From the NCBI GenBank assembly GCA_963839545.1, contig CAWIVE010000005.1:257983-321982 (forward strand): a stretch of DNA of 64,000 nt, written 5' to 3'. Below are positions 40,001 through 48,813 of this stretch, piece by piece. This DNA is from an uncultured Actinomycetes bacterium (GTDB lineage: Bacteria; Actinomycetota; Acidimicrobiia; Acidimicrobiales; CADCSY01). Below the pieces are notes generated by a model that saw only the letters and a program-made list of their open reading frames with translations, searched no databases and was not told the origin of the DNA. How positions within the stretch are numbered: the first letter of the stretch is position 1; the number at the start of each line of letters is the position of its first letter. The position numbers and the translations under genes were made by a program.

Positions 40001-41300
40001 CCGGCCACAGCCCGGCCACGGCCAGCGCGATGGCGAGGGCGGCGGCGCCGAAGCGGACGGGCCGCCACCGCAGGGCGCTCACCCCGGCAGCCAGCAGCCC
40101 GGCCAGGCCGAGCACGACCACGGGGACGATGCGGGGGGTGTTGCGGAGGGCGAGACCGACCGAGGACTCGTTGGCGAAGCGCTTCCAGGCGGCGCCGTAG
40201 GCGGTGGCGTCGTCGTAGGGCCACGCGCCGACGGCGACGACGGTCCCGACGATGACGAGGGCGGCGAAGTAGCCGCGGTGGCGCCAGCGGGCGATGCCGC
40301 CGGCGGCCAGCGCCAGCACGGCGACGGCGAAGGTGACGAAGGTGAGCGTGTGGTCCTCGGCGTAGCGCGCCGCCTGCTCGATCGAGTACCCGAGCGCCTC
40401 GCGGCCGTAGAAGAACCAGTTGCCCAGGCCCCGCAGCACGTCGTCGGGGGAGGACGTCTCGGACAGGGTGCGCAGGTTCTCGGTGAGCTGGAGCACCGGC
40501 AGGCCGTAGACCCCCTGGAGGCGCAGGCCCACGGCCCACCAGAGGGACGCGGCGATGCTCAGGAGGGCGATGCGCCCGCCGGCGGCGAGGGCGGCGCGGG
40601 CGGCGGCCCGTCCCCGGAACAGCTCGAAGAACAGCCACAGGGCGGGGGCGGCCACGACGAGGATGAGGGCCGAGGCGTTGACGCTGCCGGCGGCCATGGC
40701 CACGAGGGCGAAGATGGCGGGGTCCCGCCAGCCGCCCCGGCGGGCGGCCCGCATGGCCAGGCCCACGAGCCACGGCAGCGCCGCCCAGGGCAGCAGCAGC
40801 ACCGAGATGCGGGCGGTGAAGGCCAGCTGGTACGGGGTGAGCATGTAGACGAGGGCCCCGGCCAGCGCGGCCAGCGGGCCCACCCCGAGGAGGCGGAACA
40901 GCCATCGGGCTCCCAGCACGGCGGCGAACGAGATGGTCCCGAGCCACAGCCGCTGCGCCACCCAGTCGGGCACGCCCAGCTGGTCGAACACCCAGAACCA
41001 GGGCCCCATCGGGAACAGGTAGCCGATGTTCTGGTGGGGCACCGTGCCGGCGGCCACCTGGGGGTCCCACAGCGATGCGGCGCGCTCGAGGAGCCGGCCG
41101 GGGTCGAGGTAGAGGTACTGCTTGGTGTCGGCGCTCACCCGGCCCTGCGAGGAGGCCAGGAAGGGCACGTAGGCCAGCACCGCCAGCGCCGCGACCTCCA
41201 CGGCCCGGGACAGCCGGAGCAGCGTTGGCGTGGGCCGTTCCGGCGTTCCCCTCATGGACGGGGCGACTCTAGGAGGCCGATGCGCGAACCCGACGCCCAC
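36879..41300 (-). CDS. AftD-like alpha-(1->3)-arabinofuranosyltransferase family protein (DUF3367) with discoidin/F5-8 type C-like domains
   Basis: ORF track. N-terminal polytopic GT-C domain (ADTKQYLYLDPGRLLERA), large soluble region with repeated DGD..TAW motifs, C-terminal TMs. 3' end overlaps convergent GT39 gene by about 151 nt. Confidence 0.65.
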   Translation of the reverse strand: MGVGFAHRPPRVAPSMRGTPERPTPTLLRLSRAVEVAALAVLAYVPFLASSQGRVSADTKQYLYLDPGRLLERAASLWDPQVAAGTVPHQNIGYLFPMGPWFWVFDQLGVPDWVAQRLWLGTISFAAVLGARWLFRLLGVGPLAALAGALVYMLTPYQLAFTARISVLLLPWAALPWLVGLAMRAARRGGWRDPAIFALVAMAAGSVNASALILVVAAPALWLFFELFRGRAAARAALAAGGRIALLSIAASLWWAVGLRLQGVYGLPVLQLTENLRTLSETSSPDDVLRGLGNWFFYGREALGYSIEQAARYAEDHTLTFVTFAVAVLALAAGGIARWRHRGYFAALVIVGTVVAVGAWPYDDATAYGAAWKRFANESSVGLALRNTPRIVPVVVLGLAGLLAAGVSALRWRPVRFGAAALAIALAVAGLWPVWEDGYLSRSVDRPEDVPDYWREAAAALDRGGDDTRVLEIPGSNFAAYRWGNAVEPITPGLTDRPYLAREVLPYGTPPSVNLLDALDRRLQQGTFEPASLAAMARLLGVGTVALRSDLQYERHGTPRPRLLWRLLTRPLAPGLEEPEGFGPGLPNRPPAGFPAVDELELRTPTNAADPPEVALFDVDGAVPIVHAAPVAGPVVLSGDGDGIVDAAAAGLLNGDALVRELAAMDDDELADALEAGADLVMTDTNRRRIENWFSSIRDTRGATERAGQTAPDPNGYDFRLDVFPGSTDDERTVVEQVGGRVDATNDGGAGRPEDRAARAVDGDDRTAWRVGGASPTGERLILWPEEPMEADRVTLVQPQDGPRDRVLTRVRLHFDSGDPVTVDLGGDSLTPEGEVVRFPRRTVGRLEVELLGTTVPPIDPARANAVGFAEVDLDGMRVRERVRLPLDVPQRVGDDARGHSLDVVLTRLRREPGERGRQDEELRLDRGFTLPDDRRFRFVGTARVNPNAPDDVLDEVLGTTAAGAGFSASGHLAGDPGARASRAFDGDGGGNVRTAWTAQLGRQEGQWLAVDAPDPLDISELQLSVVADGRHSVPTRVELEVDGETRSMALPAIEDGDEPGAVQRVTLPVDDVTGRSVRLTVEEVRRVTAVPDDPDVRSSLPVAIADVRLPGAPVPAEPGDVPQECREDLLEVDGDPVPVRLTGRATDGRRGLGVATCDGPVVLDRGEHDLRSRPGLDTGVDLDRVVLASDAEGTTAAVAPRGTPLDQSGAEVEVRSSGATSVDVEIATNGEPFWLVLGQSYSEGWHADPSSGSVGPLQQVDGYANGWLVQPDGAGTMTVDLRWRPQRLVWAGMAVSAAAVLLCVGIVVATRRRRPEAGLADAPALARLLTYPGRRPASWALTALLAGGITVAVAVASRPWIGVIAGVATVVGARVAEVRRVVFLGPAIALALSRLTHRPELAWLALALLLVDLACAWLWWPRRQPPPTGSGVTSTPSAGNRSVATKRRRLRLFSATRDSPGSSTSSSPPSSR

Positions 41301-41404
41301 CCCGTGGCGGGCGCGGACCCCCGGTGGACGGCCCCGGGTAGCCTGCCCGTTCCCCGCATGCGCCTCGTTCCCGCCGACCGCCTCCTCCTGCGCACCGGCC
41401 GACG

Positions 41405-44400
41405 ATGACGGTCAGCACCACGGTCCCCCGTCGGGCCCCCGCGCCGCCGCCGGCGTCCCCGCCGCCGCCCGCCCGCAACCGGGGCGCGTCGGTGGCGCGC
41501 CACCTCCTGCTGGCGCTGGTCGCCTACGTCCCGCTCCTGTTCACGGCTCGCGGCCGGGTGGCGGCCGACACCAAGACCTACCTCTACCTGGACCCCGATC
41601 GGCTCCTCGAGCGGGCGCCGTGGATGTGGGACCCGAACATCGGCTTCGGCACGGTCACCCACCAGAACATCGGCTACCTGTTCCCGATGGGGCCCTGGTA
41701 CTGGACCTTCGACCGCCTGGGCGTCCCCGACTGGGTGGCGCAGCGCCTGTGGCTTGGCTCGGTCCTCTTCGCCGCCGGGGCGGGCGTCCTGTTCCTCCTG
41801 CGGAGCCTCGGCTGGCAGCGCGACGGGGTCGGGTCGGAGGCCGCCGAGGAGGCCGATCGGCGCAGCTGGCTGGTGCGGCTCAGCGGGGGCGGTGCACTGG
41901 CCGGCGCCGCCTTGTACATGCTCTCGCCCTTCGTCCTCGAGAACGCCGGCCGGTTCTCCGTGCTGCTGCTGCCCTGGGCCGGCCTGCCGTGGCTCGTGGG
42001 GCTCACCCAGCGGGCGCTGCGCTCGGGCAGCTGGCGCCACCCTGCGGTCTTCGCCCTCGTCGTCACCGTGGTCGGCGGGGTCAACGCCACCGCCCTCGTG
42101 CTCGCCGGCATCGGGCCGCTGCTGTGGGTGCCCTTCGCCGTCTGGGTCCACCGCGAGGTCCCGCTCCGACGGGCCCTCGCCACGGTGGTCCGCATCGGGG
42201 TCCTCACCCTCGGGTGCTCGCTCTGGTGGATGGCGGGGCTCGCCATCCAGGGCAGCTACGGCATCGAGATCCTCCGCTACACCGAGACGGTCAAGACCGT
42301 GGCGGGCACGTCCCTCGCCTCGGAGGTCCTCCGGGGGCTCGGCTACTGGTTCTTCTACGGCGGCGACAAGGTCGACCCCTGGATCGAGGCCAGCGGCCGC
42401 TACATGGGCTCGCTCTGGCTCATCGCCGTCAGCTTCGCCCTCCCGGCGCTGGCCCTCCTGGCCGCGGTGGTCACCCGCTGGCGGTACCGGGCTTACTTCG
42501 TCGCCCTCATGGTGCTCGGCACCGCCGTCGCCGTGGGCGCCTACCCCTACGACGGGCCGTCCCCCCTCGGGGCGCTGTTCAAGGCCGCGGCGCGGTCGTC
42601 CACCGCCGGCCTGGCCATGCGCTCGACGGCCCGGGCGGCGCCGCTGGTGATCCTCGGCGTGGCCGTGCTGGTGGCCGCCGGGCTCGGTGCCCTCTCGCGC
42701 CGCCTGCCCCGGCGAGCCGCCGTCGCCACCGCTCTCGTCGCCGTGCTCGCCGCCGTGGGCCTGCCCCCGCTCTGGACCGGCGACGCCATCGGGCACAACC
42801 TCCAGCGCCCGGAGGACATCCCGGACTACTGGGAGGAGGCGGCCGCCTTCCTCGACAGCCGGGACGACGGCACGCGGGTGCTCGAGATCCCCGGGTCGGA
42901 CTTCGCCTCCTACCGGTGGGGCAGCACCATCGACCCCATCACGCCGGGGCTCATGGACCGGCCCTACGTGGCCCGCGAGCTGATCCCCTACGGCTCGCCC
43001 CCGTCGGCCGACCTGCTGATCGCCCTGGACCGGCGGCTCCAGGAGGACCAGCTCGACCCCGCGGTGCTGGCCCCACTGGCCCGCCTCATGGGCGTGGGCG
43101 ACATCGTGGTGCGCTCCGACCTCCAGTTCGAGCGCTTCAACACCACCCGGCCGCGGGCCCTCTGGGCCGTGCTCGACCAGCCGGTGGAGGGCCTGGGCGA
43201 GCCCGTGACCTTCGGGGAGCCCCGCCCCAACCTCCCGATCGCCCGCCTGCCGCTCACCGACGAGGAGGAGGCCGCCATCCCCGCCGACGTGGCCGACCCG
43301 CCGCCGGTGGCCGTCTTCCCGGTCGAGGACCCGGTACCCATCGTGCGGGCCCACTCGGCGAGCCGGGCGCTGGTGCTGGCCGGTGACGGCGAAGGCGTGG
43401 TCGAGGCGGCGGCCGCCGGCGTGCTCGACGGGCGCACCCCGCTCTTCTACTCGGCCGCGCTGGCCGCGGAGCCGGCGCTGCGGGCGCGCCTCCTCGAGGG
43501 CGGCGCCGACCTGGTGGTCACCGACACCAACCGGCGGCGAGGGCGGCGGTGGAGCACGCTCTGGGAGAACACCGGCGCCACCGAGCAGGCGGGCCAGGAG
43601 CCGCTCGGCGACGACATCACCGACAACCGCCTGCCCCTCTTCCCCGACGCCGACGACGACGCGTACACGACGGTCGAGCAGCGGGGCGTGCGCCAGGTGA
43701 TCGCCACCAACTACGGCAACCCGGTCACCTACACGCCCGAGAACCGCCCGGCCAACGCCCTCGACCGCGACCTCGACACCGCGTGGCGGGTGGGCGACTT
43801 CTCACCGGTGGAGGGCGAGCGCCTGCGCATCGACACCGAGGAGCCGGTCACCACCGACCACGTCGACCTGGTCCAGCCGGTCAGCGGCGCGCGCGACCGG
43901 TACATCACGCGGGTCCAGGTGCTCCTCGACGGCGAGGACGCCGGCACCTTCGACCTCGACGACTCGTCGCGCACGCCCGACGGCCAGCGGCTGGACCTCG
44001 GGGAGCGCACGTTCTCCCGCCTGGATCTCGTGGTGCGGGGCGACAACGTCGGGGCTCGCCGGCGCTACGACGGGCTGAGCCCGGTGGGCTTCGCCGAGGT
44101 GCGGGTGGGCGACGTGCGGGTGGACGAGGTCGTGCGGCTGCCGTCGGACCTGCTGGCCGCGGCCGGCGCCGGCTCCGCCGACTCGGCCCTCGACGTGCTC
44201 CTCGAGCGGAACCGCTCGAACCCGCTCCAGCAGGGCCGGGGCGACGAGGAGCTCTCGATGGTGCGGGCCTTCGACCTGCCCACCGCCCGCTCCTTCTCGC
44301 TGGCCGGTGACGCCCGGCTGTCGGCGTACGCCCCCGAGCCACTGCTCGACGAGCTGCTCGGGATCCCGGGGGCCGAGGACGGCGGGATGACGGTGTCGTC

Positions 44401-45862
44401 GTCGGCGTACCTCCAGGGCCTCCTGCCGGCCCGGGCCTCGGCCGCCGTCGACGGCGACCCCACCACCGCGTGGCAGACGCCGTTCGGGGAGCCGAACATC
44501 ATCGGCTCCTGGCTGGACGTGGAGGTGCCCGAGCCGATCACCGTCGACCACCTCGACCTCGTCCTCGTGGCCGACGGGCACCACTCGGTGCCCACGCGGT
44601 TGCGCATCGAGGGCGACGACGGCAGCTCGCAGACGGTCGACGTACCCGCCGTGGAGGACGGGGACCAGGCCGGGGCCACGGTGTCGGTGCCCATCGAGAT
44701 CGAGCCCGTCACCACCTCGCGCCTGCGGGTGACCGTCGAGGACGTCCGCCGGGTGACCTCGACCGAGTACTACAGCGAGCTGCCCATCATGCGCCCGGTC
44801 GGCGTGGCCGAGCTCGGCATCCCCGGCGTGCGCCGGCCGGCGATGCCGGCCCGCTTCCCCGACACGTGCCGGGACGACCTGCTCGAGGCCGACGGGGAGC
44901 CGGTGGGCCTGCGTCTGTCCGGGTCGACGGCCGAGGCGGTGGCCCGGGGCGACCTGGCCCTCGAGACGTGCGGGGGCGGGGCCCGGGCGCTGGACCTCGG
45001 CGAGGGCGACCACCTCCTGCGGGCGGCGCAGGGCAAGTCCACGGGGATCGACCTCGACCGGTTGGCCCTGCGGTCCGAGCCGGAGCGTCCCGCGACGGCA
45101 GCGGCGGCGCCGCCGACGGTGGAGGTGACGGGGGACGGTCGCACGTCGATGGACGTCGACGTGCGGGGCGCCACCGAGCCGTTCTGGCTCGTGCTGGGCC
45201 AGAGCGTCAACGAGGGGTGGACGGCGTCGGTCGACGGCGGCGCCTCCCTCGGCCACTCCGAGCTGGTCGACGGCTTCGCCAACGGGTGGTACGTCGACCC
45301 GCAGGGCCAGGAGGACCTCTCCCTGTCGCTCGCGTGGGAGCCGCAGCGGAGCGTGTGGGCGGCGCTGGCCCTGTCCCTCTTCTTCGTGCTCCTGTGCCTG
45401 GCCGTCGCCGTCCTCGGGTGGCGGCGGGCCCGGGCCCGCGCGCCCGTCCTCGACCCGGCCGGCGCGGGTCCGGCCCTCCCCGAGCTGGCGTCACCCCTCT
45501 CGTTCGAGCCGACCGGGCGGATGCGGCCCGTGCCCGCCGCGCTCGTCGCCGTGGCCGCCGGCGTGGTGGGAGCCGTCGTCGTCACGCCGTTGGTGGGCGT
45601 CGCCGTGCTGGCGCTGGTGGCCGCCGCGCTGCGCCTCGGCCGCCGGGGGCGGGCCGTGCTCACCCTGGGCGCCCTGGCCGCCTTCGTGCCGGCGGCGGGC
45701 TACGTCGTCCTGCGCCAGGGGTGGAAGGGCGGCTTCCGCCCGGACTTCACCTGGCCCAGCGCGTTCGACGCCGCCCACGTCCTCGCCTGGGTGGCCGTCC
45801 TGCTCCTCGCCACCGACGTGGTCGTCGAGCTCATCCAACGCCGTCGCCCACCCGCCTCCTGA
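41405..45862 (+). CDS. AftD-like alpha-(1->3)-arabinofuranosyltransferase family protein (DUF3367), paralog of 36879..41300
   Basis: ORF track. Collinear similarity with divergent neighbour (ADTKTYLYLDPDRLLERA; VDGDPTTAW). C-terminal TMs. Confidence 0.7.
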   Translation: MTVSTTVPRRAPAPPPASPPPPARNRGASVARHLLLALVAYVPLLFTARGRVAADTKTYLYLDPDRLLERAPWMWDPNIGFGTVTHQNIGYLFPMGPWYWTFDRLGVPDWVAQRLWLGSVLFAAGAGVLFLLRSLGWQRDGVGSEAAEEADRRSWLVRLSGGGALAGAALYMLSPFVLENAGRFSVLLLPWAGLPWLVGLTQRALRSGSWRHPAVFALVVTVVGGVNATALVLAGIGPLLWVPFAVWVHREVPLRRALATVVRIGVLTLGCSLWWMAGLAIQGSYGIEILRYTETVKTVAGTSLASEVLRGLGYWFFYGGDKVDPWIEASGRYMGSLWLIAVSFALPALALLAAVVTRWRYRAYFVALMVLGTAVAVGAYPYDGPSPLGALFKAAARSSTAGLAMRSTARAAPLVILGVAVLVAAGLGALSRRLPRRAAVATALVAVLAAVGLPPLWTGDAIGHNLQRPEDIPDYWEEAAAFLDSRDDGTRVLEIPGSDFASYRWGSTIDPITPGLMDRPYVARELIPYGSPPSADLLIALDRRLQEDQLDPAVLAPLARLMGVGDIVVRSDLQFERFNTTRPRALWAVLDQPVEGLGEPVTFGEPRPNLPIARLPLTDEEEAAIPADVADPPPVAVFPVEDPVPIVRAHSASRALVLAGDGEGVVEAAAAGVLDGRTPLFYSAALAAEPALRARLLEGGADLVVTDTNRRRGRRWSTLWENTGATEQAGQEPLGDDITDNRLPLFPDADDDAYTTVEQRGVRQVIATNYGNPVTYTPENRPANALDRDLDTAWRVGDFSPVEGERLRIDTEEPVTTDHVDLVQPVSGARDRYITRVQVLLDGEDAGTFDLDDSSRTPDGQRLDLGERTFSRLDLVVRGDNVGARRRYDGLSPVGFAEVRVGDVRVDEVVRLPSDLLAAAGAGSADSALDVLLERNRSNPLQQGRGDEELSMVRAFDLPTARSFSLAGDARLSAYAPEPLLDELLGIPGAEDGGMTVSSSAYLQGLLPARASAAVDGDPTTAWQTPFGEPNIIGSWLDVEVPEPITVDHLDLVLVADGHHSVPTRLRIEGDDGSSQTVDVPAVEDGDQAGATVSVPIEIEPVTTSRLRVTVEDVRRVTSTEYYSELPIMRPVGVAELGIPGVRRPAMPARFPDTCRDDLLEADGEPVGLRLSGSTAEAVARGDLALETCGGGARALDLGEGDHLLRAAQGKSTGIDLDRLALRSEPERPATAAAAPPTVEVTGDGRTSMDVDVRGATEPFWLVLGQSVNEGWTASVDGGASLGHSELVDGFANGWYVDPQGQEDLSLSLAWEPQRSVWAALALSLFFVLLCLAVAVLGWRRARARAPVLDPAGAGPALPELASPLSFEPTGRMRPVPAALVAVAAGVVGAVVVTPLVGVAVLALVAAALRLGRRGRAVLTLGALAAFVPAAGYVVLRQGWKGGFRPDFTWPSAFDAAHVLAWVAVLLLATDVVVELIQRRRPPAS

Positions 45863-45866
45863 CCTG

Positions 45867-45916
45867 CGTTTGGGCACCCAGATCGCGGCACAGCCGCGTT
45901 CTGCGTGCCCGAACGG
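45867..45916. repeat. palindromic repeat family 1, copy B (between convergent AftD-like and glnE stops)
   Basis: cgtttgggcacccagatcgcgg-cacag-ccgcgttctgcgtgcccgaacgg. Confidence 0.5.
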
Positions 45917-48656
45917 CTACTCGCGGCCGTAGAAGAGGCGCTCGACGACCGCCCGGGAGCGGCGGGTGACCCGGCGGTAGGACTCCCGCAGCTCCTGGCC
46001 CGTCGTCCCGAGGGAGCGAGCCAGGCGGCGGAGCTCGTCGGAGCCCTCGGGGAGGCTGTCGCCGGGCCCGCCCCGCACGAGGTACAGGCGGTTGCGGGCC
46101 ACCTCGCAGAACCGGTAGGCGTCGACCAGCACCTCACGGTCGGCCTCCTCGACCACCCCGGCGGCGACGAGACGGTCGAGGGCGTCCACCGTGTCGACTC
46201 CCCGCACGCCGGCCTGGAGCTGGAGGAGCTGCGTCGTGAACTCCACGTCGGCCAGCGAGCCCCGGCCGAGCTTCAGGTGGAAGTCCGGGTCCTCGCCCGC
46301 GGGGATGCGCTCCCGCTCGACCCGGGCCTTGATGCGACGGATCTCGCGCACCTCCTCCGGACCCGGCGGGCGCGACCACACCGCCTCGTCGAGCAGCGCC
46401 AGGAAGCGCTCGCCCACCTCGCGGTCACCGGCCACCGGGCGGGCCCGCAGCATGGCCAGCCGCTCCCACCCCTCGGCCCAGCGCTCGAAGTAGCGGGCGA
46501 AGGCGTCGACGCTGCGGGCCAGCGGCCCGTCCCGCCCCTCCGGCCGCAGGTCGGCGTCGAGCTCGTACACCCGCGTCGCCGGCGTGCGGCCCCGCACGAT
46601 CCGCATCAGCGAGGTGGCGACGCGGTCGGCCTCGTCGAAGTCGCCCGCCCCCTCCCCGTCGTAGACGAACAGCACGTCGAGGTCGCTGGCGTAGGACAGC
46701 TCGCCCCCGCCGAAGCGACCGAGCGCCACGACGGCGAAGGGCAGCGGTGGTGCCAGGTCCGCGAGCGCGGCGGCGAGCGTGGCCTCGGCCAGCGACGAGA
46801 GGCCCGTGGCCGTGTCCCGCAGGTCGCCCAGCCCGAGGACGTCACGCACGGCCAACCGGACGAGCTCACGGTCCTTGAACCGCTTGAGGCCGCGCTGGCG
46901 GCTCCCGGCGTCGCGCCACTGCACGGTGGCCCGGGCGGCGTCGGCCAGGCCAGTGGGGCTGCGGGGGGCCAGAGCGGCGTCGTCGCCGAGGGCGGGCACG
47001 AGGTCGGGGTTGTGGCCCAGCAGGTCGGCGATGATCTGGCTGGTGCCGAGCACGGTGCACAGGCGCCGGGCCGTCTCGGTGGACTCCCGGAAGGCGCGGG
47101 CCAGCTCGGCCGAGCGCTGGGTCCCGGAGGCCAGGGTGCGCAGCCCGAGCAGCCCGCGGTCCGGGTCGGGGCTGTCGGCCAGCCACCCGAGCAGCAGCGG
47201 CAGGAGCTGCTCCATGAGGCGCGACGACCGGGTGAGCCCGCGGGTCAGCTCCCGCACGGCCTGCCGCGTGCGCTCGGCGTCGGCGAAGCCGAAGGCGGCC
47301 AGGCGGGTCTCCGCCGCGGCCTCGTCCATCGCCCCCGGCGCCCCGGTGAAGGCCTCGAGCAGGGGCCGGAAGTAGATGCGCTCGTGGAGGGCCCGCACGC
47401 TGGCCCGGCAGCCGGCCAGGTCGTCCTCGAAGCGCGCCAGCGCGCTGACGTCGGGGGCGTCCCGGTAGCCGAGGACCCGGGCCAGCAGCTCCCGCGATGC
47501 CGGGTCGGCGGGCACGGCGTGGACCTGGGCGCCGTCCCGCAGCTGCAGACCGGTGCTCCACGGTCCGGAGCAGGCGGTAGCACCGGTCCAGCTCGTCGGC
47601 GTCGGCATCGTCGACGTAGCCGGCCGCGGCCAGCTCGGCCAGCGCCCGCAACGTCGTGGGCGAGCGCAGGTCGGCGTCGGCCCGTCCGTGCACGAGCTGG
47701 AGCAGCTGCACGGAGAACTCGATGTCGCGGATGCCGCCCGCCGCCCGCTTCAGGTCCCTCGCCGCCAGGCCCCGGCGGGCCACCTCCGCCTCCGTCCGGG
47801 CCTTCATGGCCCGCAGCGAGCGGAGGTCGTCGGCCGACAGGGCGCGTCCCCACAGCGCCTCGCCGGCCGCCTCGGCGAAGCCCGTGGCCAGCTCCGCCGG
47901 GCCCGCCACCGGTCGCGCCTTGAGGAGGGCCTGGAACTCCCACGGGGACGCCCACCGCTCCCAGTAGGCGCGGTACGACCCGAGTGACCGCACCAGCGGA
48001 CCGTCGCGGCCCTCGGGTCGCAGGTTGGCGTCGACCCGGAAGCACCGCCGGGCCACCCGGAGCAGCTCGCGGGCCCGACCGTCCGCCTCACCGGCGGCGA
48101 GGCCGTCGGGCCCGACCAGCATCAGGTCGACGTCGCTGGCGTAGTTCAGCTCGGCGCCGCCCAGCTTCCCCATGCCCACCACGACGAGGTCCTCGGCGCC
48201 GGCCACGACCAGCGCGGCGCAGAGGACATCGGTGGCCTGGGCGGAGAGCAGCGCGCCCACCGCGGACAGGTCGTCGTGCCCGAGGAGGTCGCGTGCGGTG
48301 ATGCGGAGGAGCTCCCGGAGGGCCCAGCGCGAGAGGGTCTCCTCGTCGAGCTCGCCGCCCGCCGGCGGCGGTGGCCGCTCGTCAAGCGACGACAGCACGT
48401 CGAGCGCCTCGGGGTCGGCCGCGACGACCCCGGACAGCCAGGGGCTGGCGCCGGCCAGGGCCACCACCGCGGCGGCCAGACCCGGGTCGCGCAGGAGCCG
48501 CTCGGCCGCTCCCGGGACGTCCGCCTCGAGGCGGTCGAGGACGAGGCGGACGGCGGGCGGGTCGGCGGACTGCTCGACGAGGCCGGCGAGGTCGTCCGCC
48601 GCCACGCTCCCCACCGGTCCAGTGTGGCCCGCCCTCGTGCCGTGACAGGCAACCAT
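45917..48656 (-). CDS. glnE: glutamine synthetase adenylyltransferase GlnE (two nucleotidyltransferase domains) with one frameshift near 47560
   Basis: Track ORFs 46866..48707 (VVGMGKLGGAELNYASDVDLMLV...RLLRTVEHR) and 45917..47608 (LQLRDGAQVHAVP...ALGRFGGGELSYASDLDVLFVY) are contiguous GlnE halves joined by a single-base shift. Start ATG 48656 (MVACHG) preferred over TTG 48707. Confidence 0.7.
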
Positions 48657-48813
48657 TGCGCTGTCTCGCCGGGCCGGAACGCCGCTGGCGGCGTCCTCCC
48701 TCCTCAAAGGAGCGCAGGGCTACTACCTCGTCGGTCGGTCCTTGCCAGTGACGCCCCTACCTCGCCGATACAGCGCAAGCGCTACCTGACACGGCACTAG
48801 CTACGCTCGAACG

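Noticed and set aside
37560-41408. 1282-aa plus ORF antisense to the AftD-like gene, plus 39382..41070 and 41252..43354 (minus)
   Set aside because: Mirror ORFs. The AftD-like frames carry TM segments and discoidin-like motifs and are mutually paralogous.
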